Assembly: GCF_006345805.1 (NCBI RefSeq)
Contig: NC_043009.1
Coordinates: forward strand, 42,470,001-42,534,000
Origin: Octopus sinensis
Lineage: Eukaryota
Length of the DNA stretch: 64,000 bases
Direction: 5' to 3'
The notes beneath the pieces are model-generated. The model did not search any database, was not told the origin of the DNA, and saw only the letters and a list, made by a program, of their open reading frames with translations. Positions 1-11,498 of the stretch are shown one piece after another (the first letter of the stretch is position 1; the number at the start of each line of letters is the position of its first letter). A program made the position numbers and the translations under genes.

Positions 1-545
1 CCATCAACCCCAGTGTCTGACTTGTACTTATTTTACCCTGAAAGAATGAAAGACAAAGTTGACCTTGGTGGAACTTGAACTCAGGACATAACACCAGAAG
101 AAATGCTGCTAAGCATTTTATCCAGTCTGAAAGTTTAAAGGAGAGCACTAGTCAATTACATCAACCCCAGTACTTGACTGGTACTTGATTTATTGACCCT
201 GAAAGGATCAAAGGCAAAATCAACCTCAGAGGAATTTAAATTCAGAATGTAAAGACAGATGAAATGCCACTAAGCATTTTGTCTGATATACTCACATTTC
301 TACCAGTTCACCACCTTAATAATAATAAAAATAGCAAGGTATCAAAGTTTGGCACAAGGCCAGCAATTTGGGGAGAGGTAAGTTGATTACATCAACCCCA
401 GTGCTCAGCTGGTACTTATTTCTATCAACTCCCAAAAAATGAAAAGCAAAGCCAACCTCGGTGAAATTTGAAATCAGAACACGAAGGTGGATGAAATGCA
501 CCTAACTTTTTGTCCACCATGCTAAAGATTCGGTCAGCTTGCTGC
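1..545 (-). mobile_element. Three adjacent degenerate family-B tRNA-SINE copies (Meta/MESC-like body)
   Basis: Repeated reverse-strand body motif GAGTTCAAATT...GCCTTTCATCCTTTC..GGTCAATAAA..AAGTACCAG...CTGGGGTTGATG at about 1-125, 148-318 and 330-545. Confidence 0.8.
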
Positions 546-555
546 CTTAATAATT

Positions 556-912
556 TTACCGAAATCAAAAAGATGTGGCATCTCAAGACAGTTACAATAC
601 TAGTGATTGTAGGAGCATTTGGAATGATCAAAACAAAAAAAAACTGAAAATTAAGAATGATCCTTGGCTTACCACCCATGTGAGAAGTGCAAAAGACTGT
701 CTTAACTAGTGTGTGACAAGTATTGAGAAGACTGCACCTATCTTATTTGTTTACATTTATGCTTTTTCTTTTTTCTCTTTGTCTTCCCCTTTTTCTCTGT
801 CACATGACTTTGTAAGTGAATAAGCTGATGTGTTTATTTTAATTTCCCACTAATGTATACAGTATGTTTCTCTGCCCTAGGTGTCAGGAAGACACTCTGC
901 AAGAAACGGAAA
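556..912 (+). mobile_element. R4/Dong-like non-LTR retrotransposon 3' end (degenerate RLE C-terminus plus 3' UTR)
   Basis: Reads EIKKMWHLKTVTILVIVGAFGMIK...EVQKTVL...VLRR. The 3' UTR GCCCTAGGTGTCAGGA is shared with the copy at 54035-54080. Confidence 0.7.
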
Positions 913-1363
913 CAGATTAGCTCTTTAACAAAACAACAGATACATTTCTTTTCCATCTAACTGATTGACCACACAATCAGTTTAGTAAATTTGAACTTTT
1001 GCAAGAAAATATGAGTTTATTTTCGCTCTGTCAGAGGAGAAAAAGTAGCCACGTAGACACATTCATTCCAGGGAATTTGTGTCTGGTTGAGGAAAAAGAG
1101 TTGATCCCCAGACAACACATCTGGTATCAAATACTTACCTGTTAGGGAAGCTATTAAAGGTATGCAAGAGCCAAATGGGATTACTAATCAGGGTGTTGTA
1201 TAAGCATATGTTTGTTGTTAATTTTTGCTCTCGACAGTTTAAATCTATCACCCAAAATACCCCAATCAGGGTAGGTATTGAACTATCTTTCTCTGTCTCC
1301 ATCTCTCTCCATTATTCTATCGATCCATTTCTCTGTCTGTATATCAGTCTATTTATCCATTTC

Positions 1364-1398
<35 letters not shown>

Positions 1399-1572
1399 GT
1401 TTAACGTCCGTTCTCCATGCTAGCATGGGTTGGACGGTTCGACCGGGGATCTGGGAAGCCAGAAGGCTGCACCAGGCTCCAGTCTTATCTGGCAATGTTT
1501 CTACAGCTGGATGCCCTTCCTAACGCCAACCACTCCGTGAGTGTAGTGGGTGCTTTTTACGTGCCACCTGCA
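1364..1572 (-). mobile_element. Family-C RTE/Ceph-like non-autonomous retroelement
   Basis: Minus strand TAAAAAGCACCCACTACAC...GGCGTTAGGAAGGGCATCCAGCTGTAGAAAC...GGACGTTAAACGATGATGAT, ending in a (GAT)n tail. Confidence 0.75.
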
Positions 1573-1772
1573 CAGTCAATTATATATATTCTTCTCTTGT
1601 CATATTTTCTCTGCTCTCTCTCTCTCTCTCTCTCTCACTCATTTCGCTCCCTCATCTCTCCAGCATGGCCACAGTCAACTGACTGAAACAAGTAAAATAA
1701 TAAAAGAATATATATATTTGTCTGTCTATCTGTCTATCTATCTATCTATCTATCTGTCTATCTATCTATCTA

Positions 1773-1835
<63 letters not shown>

Positions 1836-2387
1836 ATCTATCTATCTGTTTGTCTATCTCACTTTTGCTTTATTATTCTCTCTCACTCTCTCTCTCTTTC
1901 TAGTTTTCTTCTACTCTCCTTCCCCATATAAGCACCAGATTATCCATCTATATTTCTATCTATTTGTCTAGATTATCCGTCTACTTGTCTATCAGCTGCT
2001 TTATTTTTCTGACTAGTTATATATATATAGAAATGTGTATATGCATATGTATGAGAGCATAAATATATATATCAAATGGAAGTTTTATAAAACTATTCCG
2101 CACATATAATAACAGTCATACCAACAATCCAACATGCCACCATCATCAGCTGCCCCACAGATATCATTATGATTTCGACACCCGGGCAGTACCATTCAAT
2201 CCAGCAGTGTCAACAGCACTAAAATAAGTGTTGTTTGCGAACAAGCATAGCTTAGATATCTCCACATTCATTCAATCTTAATTCTAGAAAGGATTAAACA
2301 CTAACATTATTAATTAAACTACAACAAAGAAAACACATGTACCCTATGTACAAAAACAGTATAGGTAAATTAATAAGTCTATAAGTA

Positions 2388-2446
<59 letters not shown>

Positions 2447-2860
2447 GTATGTATACATATATAATAGGCATGTATGTATGTACCTTTGTATGTATATCAC
2501 AATATTACCTTTCCACCTGTTCATATACCTTCCTACCCATCTATGAACAATTACAAAAAAAAAGTAAGAAAAAAAAGAAAGAAAAATACCCATTTCTATT
2601 ATTCTTTACTGACATTTTTATTATTCTTTACTAGTCATTGTTCTTGTGCCTGTTCTTGCTTGGTCTGTGCTTACAAACTGATGCTTTATTCATTAAACTA
2701 TAAATGAAAATAAAATAGGGTCTGTTTGCTAAATAGACCATTTATCACTGGCTCTGTTATTTCTATATACATAATAGCAGGGCAAATAAAATTTCACATA
2801 TCTTCTTGAGGGTGTGTATGTATATGTGTGTGTTTGTGTGTGTGTGTGTATGTATGTATA

Positions 2861-2965
<105 letters not shown>

Positions 2966-3157
2966 ATTTATATGTACATTGAATGTGTGTATGTAGGTAT
3001 GTGCATATATGCAGGGATATATGGACGGATGAGTGTGTTTATGTATGTATGCAAATGTGCATTTGTTGTCTACCTGTCTTATGTAAATAACTATGTATAT
3101 ATATATATATATGGTGCATGTGTATCAAACTTTTTTGTTATGTATATGCATATATAT

Positions 3158-3226
<69 letters not shown>

Positions 3227-3490
3227 TATATACATATATATACATACATACATATACATACATACATATATATATATATATAGTGCCTTTACATTCAATG
3301 CACATAGTGACACAATTTTGAGTCACTATTTACCTACTTAAGAGAAGAATAGATGCAAGACAATAAAAAAACAGTGTATTGAAGACAATACACACTCGAA
3401 TGCTCACGCACACACACACCTTCATGATGAGCAGTGAACTGGAAGAAAGAGTTCTCACCACTACATTGGTAGATAAATTATTTCTCTTAT

Positions 3491-3896
3491 ACTCTTTTCA
3501 CTTGTTTCAGTCATTTGACTGCGGCCATGCTTGAGCACCGCCTTTAGTCGAGCAAATCGACCCCGGGACTTATTCTTTGTAAGCCCAGTACTTATTCTAT
3601 CGGTCTCTTTTGCCGAACCGCTAAGTGACGGGGACGTAAACACACCAGCATCGTTTGTCAAGCAATGCTGGGGGGGGGGACAAACACAGACACACAAACA
3701 CACACATACATATATATATATATACATATATACGACAGGCTTCTTTCAGTTTCCGTCTACCAAATCCACTCACAAGGCATTGCTCGGCCCGGGGCTATAG
3801 CAGAAGACACTTGCCCAAGATGCCACACAGTGGGACTGAACCCGGAACCATGTGGTTGGTTAGCAAGCTACTTACCACACAGCCACTCCTGCGCCT
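3491..3896 (-). mobile_element. Family-A CORE-type tRNA-SINE, full length, with internal (TA/TG)n
   Basis: Head AGGCGCAGGAGTGGCTGTGTGG...GGTTCAGTCCC, CORE-like TTGGGCAAGTGTCTTC, internal microsatellite, tail TGACTGAAACAAGTGAAAAGAG. Confidence 0.9.
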
Positions 3897-4249
3897 GAAT
3901 TGAATAGTCTAATACCATAGTGTTTATGCATATATCTATATATATCAAACAATTTCATTCTCATTGTATATACATGTGCGCATACACATACATGTATGTA
4001 TGTATGTACGTATGTATGTATGTCTATATAATGAGAGTGAGCTAGTTTGATAAACGTATATATATATGCACAAAACCTATGGTATCTGACTACTTAATTC
4101 TATCAAGAGAAATAATTAATTCATCAACCAATGCTGTGTTGAGGACTCATTATTCCAGGTTTTCACACATGAACGTGCATGTGTGTAAGAGTAGTGTCTT
4201 CAATATGTGTGCATGTGTGTGAGTATGTGTGTGTGTGTATGTGTATCGT

Positions 4250-4520
4250 CAGTGGTGGCGGCTTTATCTCGTATCCAACAATATAGTTTCTTCTTTACTG
4301 GATGCTCTCTTTATGGTGATGGCACTGAATGACTCTATAGACCAATTCTAGTATAAAAGAGTCGATGACATTGACTGCATGGCAGTGCTGCTGGAGAGCA
4401 AGGTTGACTTTACTGAGCCATTCTCTCCTGCCATTTGATTTCTTCCTTTTCTCTTCAGGTGCTTTTGAAGTTTTGTTTCGGATGGTGATGGAACGCCGCC
4501 TCTATAGTGGAAATCTTGCT
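4250..4520 (-). mobile_element. Degenerate RTE-type LINE ORF2 3' end
   Basis: Minus strand reads CSQCHRLFYTRIGL*SHS, resembling the C-terminal CxxC..RIGLxSH motif of RTE/BovB ORF2, preceded by a basic stretch (PEEKRKKSNGRR). Confidence 0.5.
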
Positions 4521-4636
4521 CATATGTAGTAAAGTTACTTATATTTCTTGTGTATCGTGTATCTTAATAATTTTCGTGTCTTCTTTCACGCTTTAGAAAA
4601 ACCTAACTTTCATAACTTAGCAAAAAATACCTTGCT

Positions 4637-4800
4637 ATGCCTAATTGCAATATACCCTCTAATGTAAAAGTAATTATGCCTTATCATCAAGTATATATTT
4701 GTATAAAAAAATACAAGCAGGGACAAGAACCCAAAACATTTAGAAGACGATACAAAAAACACGGACGGGACATTCGAAGCCTTCAATCTTCAATCAAGAA
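4637..4800 (+). mobile_element. Possible GIY-YIG endonuclease remnant of a Penelope-like element
   Basis: YKQGQEPKTFRRRYKKHGRDIRS loosely resembles the YIGQT..F..RY.EH motif; weak match. Confidence 0.3.
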
Positions 4801-4836
4801 CAGGATCATCCTCGCAATTTTGGCTGATATATGTAT

Positions 4837-4994
4837 ATAGGTGCAGGAGTGGCTATGTGGTAAGTAGCTTGCTTACCAACTACATGGTTCTGGGTTCAGT
4901 CCCACTGCGTGGCAAGTGTCCTCTACTGTAGCCTTGGGCCAACCAAAGCCTTGTGAGTGGATTTGGTGGAAGGAAACTGAAAGAAGCCCGTCAG

Positions 4995-5025
<31 letters not shown>

Positions 5026-5253
5026 ATATATGTTTGTGTGTCTGTGTTTGTCCCCACCATCGCTTGACAACTGATGTCAGTGTGTTTATGTCCCCATAAC
5101 TTAGCAGGTCGGCAAAGAGACCGATAGAATAAGCACTAGGCTTACAAAGAATAAGTCCTGGATGGGTGGGGGTGGGGGCGATTTGTTCAACTAAAGGCAG
5201 TGCTCCAGCACGACCGCAGTCAGATGACTGAAACAAATAAAAGAATAAAAAGA
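4837..5253 (+). mobile_element. Family-A CORE-type SINE, full length
   Basis: Same head, CORE, microsatellite and tail architecture as 3491-3896, in the opposite orientation. Confidence 0.9.
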
Positions 5254-5363
5254 ATATATATATATATAAACCCTCCTTCTTCCCTTCTTTCCTGAGCGTC
5301 AAATAATACTTTATTTGTTCCACATCCTTGCGTTGTTGTCTTTTTGTTTTCTTGTTTGGATTA

Positions 5364-5400
<37 letters not shown>

Positions 5401-5761
5401 ACTCACAAATACCTCCCATACTCACACACAGATAGGTTTAACTATACATACCTGCATATATATAGAGAGAAAATTGATGGATATACGTCAAAATGTATAC
5501 CCACGATAATTAAGGGCTCAGTTAAAATCAGATTTGTTGAACACCAACACTTTATAACATTATAATAAATCTAATTGTGACTGACTAGCATATATATATA
5601 CATAATTAGCCAAAACGATTTAATAGACTAATAAATTTAGAAAAAAATAGAAAATCTAAAATTCTGCTAAAAGTTCGTAATTTAATTACGCTCAGTAGAG
5701 CAGCAGCTGTCAGGGATTTCACTCAAAGAAAAAAAGAAAGAAAGAAGAAAGAAAGAAAGAA

Positions 5762-5794
<33 letters not shown>

Positions 5795-6146
5795 AGGAAA
5801 GAAAGAATCTATAGAATATGGTAACTTAAAAGACTGGGGGGTATATCAGCCGAAACGTGTTAACAACAAAGATAAGGACAAATATCCGTCAAATGTAAAT
5901 AATTTAAATAATGTAAATTATGTACATAGTTCCCCATCTCTTAAATATAGAACTGTATTAGATACACCAATGTCTGAAAGAAAGACGAGAAAATCATGAC
6001 CTGTGTATCTTATTCAGGACTTACCTACCTGGGGTTAAACACCAACTACTAAATCGTAGATAACTCCAATTAAGAGTGAATGTTCTGTTAGAATATATTT
6101 TACTTACCGTAACAGATTGGAGTAATTTTTGCCGTGATATATATAT

Positions 6147-6379
6147 AAGGCGGCGAGCTGGCAGAGACGTTAGCACGCCGGGAGAAGTGCTTCGCGGTAT
6201 TTCGCCCGTCGCTACGTTCTGAGTTCAAATTCAGCCGAGGTCGACTTTACCTTTCATCCTTTCCGGGTCGATAAATTAAGTACCAGTTACGCACTGGGGT
6301 CGATATAATCGACTTAATCCGTTTGTCTGTCCTTGTTTGTCCCCTCTATGTTTAGCCCCTTGTGGGTAGTAAAGAAATA
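6147..6379 (+). mobile_element. Family-B SINE, extended-tail subfamily; 15-bp TSD (6094-6108 / 6380-6394) and 38 bp of extra 5' sequence
   Basis: GGCGGCGAGCTGGCAGA head, B-box GAGTTCAAATTC, tail ...AGCCCCTTGTGGGTAGTAAAGAAATA. Direct repeat TATATTTTACTTACC on both sides. Confidence 0.85.
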
Positions 6380-6714
6380 TATATTTTACTTACCAGCATC
6401 TTCTTGCTGATCAACATCCTGCACAGATTATTTGTTTTTAACGATCAAATGCTTGTACTATACATTATCTCATACCCTCCACCAAAACGACGTTGCCAGT
6501 ACAGATGCACAATTACGTCATATGTCAGATGTCGAAATGATCGCAGAGCAATATTGAAACGGAGTGATTTGCTCGAAATCAAAACGCACCATCCCGTCCG
6601 GGAATTGAACCAAAGTCTACATGATCATGAATGCAACACCCCTAACCACTAAGCCTTGTCTTCAAAAACAAGAAACGCTACAATAACAGCAATAATACCA
6701 AGAATATATACTTA

Positions 6715-7212
6715 CTAGCAGTATCGCCCGGCGTTGCTCGGGTTTGTAAGGGAAATAACTATATAAGCATTTTTAGAGAGTTATAGCCAAAAAAAGCAAA
6801 ACATTGCACTAAAAATGGAAAAAGAATGATGGTAAATTCTTTTAAAAATCGTTGACTCATCGTAGACATTTTTAGAGAGATACTTCCCTTATATAATAGC
6901 GAAAAAATGCATTAAAATGGGAAAAAATGATGGTAAATTCTTTTTAAAATCGTTGACTCATTGTAGACATTTTTAGAGAGATACTTCCCTTATATAATAG
7001 CGAAAAAATGCATTAAAATGGAAGAAAATGATGGTAAATTTTTTTTAAAATCGTAGACTCATCGTAGACGCGCGCTAATACCCAGAAGGGCTCGATATGA
7101 ATCACGACTATAAAATACCCGGTTTTGGTTAAACTGCACCGCAAAATGTGGGAGTAGTTAGGAATCTAAATCGTAGGAGACAGACACACAACTTGACTTT
7201 TATATATAAAGA
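6715..7212 (-). mobile_element. Non-autonomous Helitron with ~100-bp internal tandem repeats
   Basis: Minus strand starts A|TCTTTATATATAAAAG and ends with hairpin CCCGAGCAACGCCGGG (6727-6742) plus CTAG|T. Internal units start at 6769, 6868 and 6969. Confidence 0.8.
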
Positions 7213-7457
7213 TATGATAGATTGTTATCTGTGGCAACAGAAATGTTTAATAATTAGGTGGAATGGTGGAAATTTAAAGAAATAAAACCAGATTTAGAAG
7301 TTAATTCTAAACTTGCAGATATTTGATTGACAGGTTTTCTGACAAAAAATTTGCTAAATCAAATAAATAGGTTAGTCAGCCATTGTTGATCAACAACAAC
7401 AATAGCAGCAATAACAACAGCAAAAACGAAAGCAATATCAACAGCGAAGACAAAATA

Positions 7458-7542
<85 letters not shown>

Positions 7543-7646
7543 TCCATTCATATGTTTTTACCAGGCATGTAAAAAATAACAAAATGGTACGTATGTATGT
7601 GTGTGTGTGTGTGTGAGTATGTGTGTGAGTGTGTGAGTCTGTGTAT

Positions 7647-7694
<48 letters not shown>

Positions 7695-7837
7695 CGATCT
7701 GTTTTGAGACTGCTCTGTTCCAGTAAGTTAAGCATGGCTTGTAATGATATACACAGTGAAGAAACAAAGTGAGGGCAGTTCCAGGGTGGTGGGCACGCTT
7801 CGTGGATGCCAATACCTTCATCCCTATCGCCACCACC

Positions 7838-7869
<32 letters not shown>

Positions 7870-8319
7870 CAATAACAACGACGACGGCGACAGCAACAAT
7901 GACAGCAACTGTAAACAGCAACAACAATAATACAAAACAATGACATGACTACATTAACAATTGTAGAGGTGGGAATATATATATATATGTGTGTGTGTGT
8001 ATATGTATGTATATGTATATATATATGTATGTATATATATGTGTATGTATGTATTTATGTATGTATATATAATGTATGTATGTATACATGAATGTATATA
8101 TATATAGATGTATGTATGTATATATGCACACACATATATGTGCATAGGGTGAGGGAGTGAGAGAGAGAGAGAGTGTGTGTGTGATTTCATTTGATTACCT
8201 CTGGTTTTGTGTTTATGAAGAAAGGTGTGTGCTAAAAGAAAGTTCCTCTGTGGCCAATAGAAAACAAGTAAGAAAGTCAGGAAAAAATGTCCTTCCAAAA
8301 CGGAAAATATTAATAATAA

Positions 8320-9104
8320 TGGTTTCAAATTTTGCCTCAAGGACAGCAATTTCGGGGTAGGGGATGAGCTGATTACAATGGACCCCAGTGTTCAACTGGT
8401 ACTTATTTATCGACCCTGAAAGTCAACCTCGGCGGAATTTGAACTCAAAACGTAACGGCAGACGAAACACCTATTTCTTTACTACCCACAGGGTGCTAAA
8501 CAAAGAGAGGACAAACAAGGACAGACAAACGGATTCAGTCGATTATATCGACCCCAGTGCGTAACTGGTACTTATTTAATCGACCCCGAAAGGATGAAAG
8601 GCAAAGTCGACCTCGGCGGAATTTGAACTCAGAACGTAACGGCAGACGAAATACCGCTAAGCATTTCGCCCGGCGTGCTAACGATTCTGCCAGCTCGCCG
8701 CCTTAGTATAGTGCAAAAATATTAATATCTGAATCACTAACTGGAATAAACTGTCTGCTGGATTCTAAAACACTTTGGAATAACTCCAAAAGTTTAAAGA
8801 TGTACTTATTACCTATGTCACTAAAATCACCAAGTAACTGATAAACTGTTGTTTCAGAAGGGAAGAGTAAAAACGCTGCTTAATACCGAGAGTGATGGAA
8901 CGGAAAATATCTTTATCGCGCTTACATATCTTAGTTTTTTTTCTTCTTAGGTTTTGATAATTCATATTTCGGTTTGGCAAGAGGCTTATGATTTTTAAGA
9001 GTAAAGTATGGCTCTCAAAACGCTAAATTTTCTAGACCATCGCATATATTGAGACGAAATACCGCTAAGAATTTCGTCCGGCTTGCTGACGATTCTGCCA
9101 GCTC
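8320..9104 (-). mobile_element. Older family-B SINE (8320-8471 plus 9052-9104) split by a 580-bp insertion (extended-tail SINE 8472-8704 plus unique flank 8705-9051)
   Basis: The two halves join into a contiguous consensus. AGACGAAA(C/T)ACC is duplicated at 8460-8471 and 9052-9063. The insert is a reverse-complement copy of 19602 to about 20184/20368. Confidence 0.85.
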
Positions 9105-9194
9105 AATAATAATGACGACGGCGATGATGATGATGAAGATGATGTTGACGACGTCAGTGACAGGGGCTATATAGCTTACTCAGCTTCAAATTGC

Positions 9195-9720
9195 TGACAT
9201 GAGGCACCCATTTTCCAAGTTTAGGAACCTTTCCAAGTTGTTGAAGATGATGATGAACTGTTGTATGGTTTAGACTGAACTTTATTGCCAATTCATCAAC
9301 TGATAATGCAGGATTTTCTTCAAGTAATGTCTAAAGGATCTTATCATCAAACTCAACTGGACGTCCTGTTCGATCTTCATCTTCAAGGCTGAAATCTCCA
9401 CTTCTGAAGTTTGCAAAGCATCTTCTGCAAGTTCTTTCATTCAAGCATTCTTTCCCATAAACTGAGTGTATGTTTCGAGTTGCTTCGGCTGCAGAGTTTC
9501 CTTTTTGTACTCATAAAGCATTATGTACCTTAAATGCTCTTTGGATACTTCCATATTAGAAAGGGTTTTAATCAAAGAAATTTTAATTCTGTTATTCTGT
9601 AAAATAATATTTAATTAGTTTAAATGCACACAAATGCATAAAAATAATTTTTAATTCCATTAGACATTCTAAAATACTTGAAAAAAGGTAAAATCGGACA
9701 GAACTTATAGGATGACCTGA
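9195..9720 (-). mobile_element. Mariner (Mos1/Hsmar-like) 5' half with degenerate transposase N-terminus
   Basis: TA|TCAGGTCATCCTATAAGTTCTGTCCG terminus. ATG at 9554 gives MEVSKEHLRYIMLYEYKK-GNSAAEATRNIHSVYG...FRSGDFSLEDEDRTGRP...KLGKWVPH, with one frameshift and one stop. Confidence 0.9.
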
Positions 9721-9774
9721 TAATTAAATTCTGTCTGTAATAGTTCGATGGAAGACACCAACCGGTTTTACAGT

Positions 9775-9975
9775 TTACACTGATGTTGCATGTCGTCGGC
9801 TTATCTTTCGGAATGAGAAGATATGGTCGTGATAACGGACCTTAAATTGGTTTGTAGAGGCTCCTATGTATGCGCATTTATGTTGTGGTGTGGTGACTGT
9901 GCATTCGTACATGAGGTTTCTTTGCATGCATTGCGCACCTGGAGAACTACGCTGCGTGGAAACAATTGTAGTGAT
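9775..9975 (-). mobile_element. Penelope-like GIY-YIG endonuclease fragment
   Basis: CMQRNLMYECTVTTPQHKCAYIGASTNQFKVRYHDHIFSFRK matches the PLE GIY-YIG pattern (N.IY...V...YIG....FK.RY..H..SFR). Confidence 0.8.
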
Positions 9976-10374
9976 TAAGAAATAAATGTCCAATCGTACC
10001 CGTACTTGGTGACTCCAATTTTTTCAATTACGTATTCACATACGAGAGATGCCCAAACGCAAACCTGGAAGTACGTATAATGCCACTACTGGATAGCACA
10101 GGGTAAATCTAAAGCTGGACGAGCTTTATACTGTGCCCTACTACTTTCTTAACAGAATATATCATAAGTATATATATATACACACACACACACACACATA
10201 GAGAGATAGACAGACAGAGGCAGGTAGATAAAAGAGACATAGATACACAAACATACATAAATACACACATATATGCGTGTGTATATTCTTTTAATTTTTT
10301 CACTTGTTTCAGTCATTTGACTGCGGCCAAGCTGGAGCATAAAACAAATCAGCGTAATAATTTACAATCAGTAA

Positions 10375-10530
10375 TAATGGCTTCAAATTTTGGCACAAGG
10401 CCAGTAATTTTGGGTGAGGGGTTAAGTCAGTAAGATCGACCCCAGTGCTCAACCGGTTCTTATTTTATCGACCCCGAAAGCATGAAAGGCAAGTCAACCT
10501 CAGCAGTATTTGAACTCAGAACGTAGAGCT
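10375..10530 (-). mobile_element. Family-B SINE, degenerate
   Basis: Reverse body motif CGACCCCGAAAG.ATGAAAGGCAAGTCAACCTC...TTTGAACTCAGAACG. Confidence 0.75.
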
Positions 10531-11244
10531 CACCACCTTCTGATTTTTGGACACTGATACATAATAAAGATACTGTTCAGTTCTCTCCTTACAACAAAGC
10601 CAAGTGTTGCTACTTTAGCCTCATCAGAGAACTCTCTTACGATCAACACCAAGTTCCTACCTAATATCATTTAATAAATAGGTTCTGAATAACTTCAACC
10701 AATTTCTACCTTCTCTTCTTCCTGATACACATCACACTATTCCTCTCATTCATAAATAGCTGTATACACCTCCTTGTATAACACCTCACATCTTATCTTC
10801 CATATAAGGCTGCGGCGATGCTGCGATATAAAGAAAACCTGTTATGTAAAAATGACCGAGATTCTGTTAGTCTTTGTTTCAAAATACCTCAACGAAAGAG
10901 TAAAAGCCATTCATTAAAATGTTTTGATCTTTCCAGCCTACACACGTTAATACGAGCGGTAAATCTTTTGTTGTCATTTAGTTGACGAACGAAGGTACAG
11001 ACAAACATCATTAGAAACTTGTTTGAGTCAGATCTCGGCTAAATAAACTTTCATAAGAATAGCCTGTGTTTCTGATTGGCTCGATGGAGACGTTTCTTTT
11101 CAATGAAAATGTACTATCTATATGGGGTGTGTATATATGTGTATGGTTTTGTGTATGTATATATATATATGTATATATGCATATGTATCTTCACACAAAA
11201 CATTATCTGTCTAGCTGTTTGCTAGTTTTTTTTCTCTCTCTCTC

Positions 11245-11309
<65 letters not shown>

Positions 11310-11332
11310 ATATATATATATATATATACACA

Positions 11333-11364
<32 letters not shown>

Positions 11365-11498
11365 CATACATATATATACATACATACATGCATATATATA
11401 TACATAATAATAATATTAGGGAGTATAATTCCAAACTTACAGGGAAAAATTCAATTTAGTATTAAATCAAATTTCACAATATAAATATATATATATAT

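Noticed and set aside
1131-1141. ATACTTACCTG equals the U1 snRNA 5' end
   Set aside because: No U1 stem-loops or Sm site follow; better read as a minus-strand splice donor.
1238-1270. 33-nt plus-strand exon candidate (FKSITQNTPIR); similar hits at about 8197-8229 and 33055-33074 on the minus strand
   Set aside because: Such hits occur on both strands at about chance frequency, with no recognisable peptide; not reported as features.
6147-6240. tRNA genes (A/B-box-like heads, also at 6580-6655, 42980 and 58780)
   Set aside because: No complete cloverleaf, and each head continues into a SINE body.
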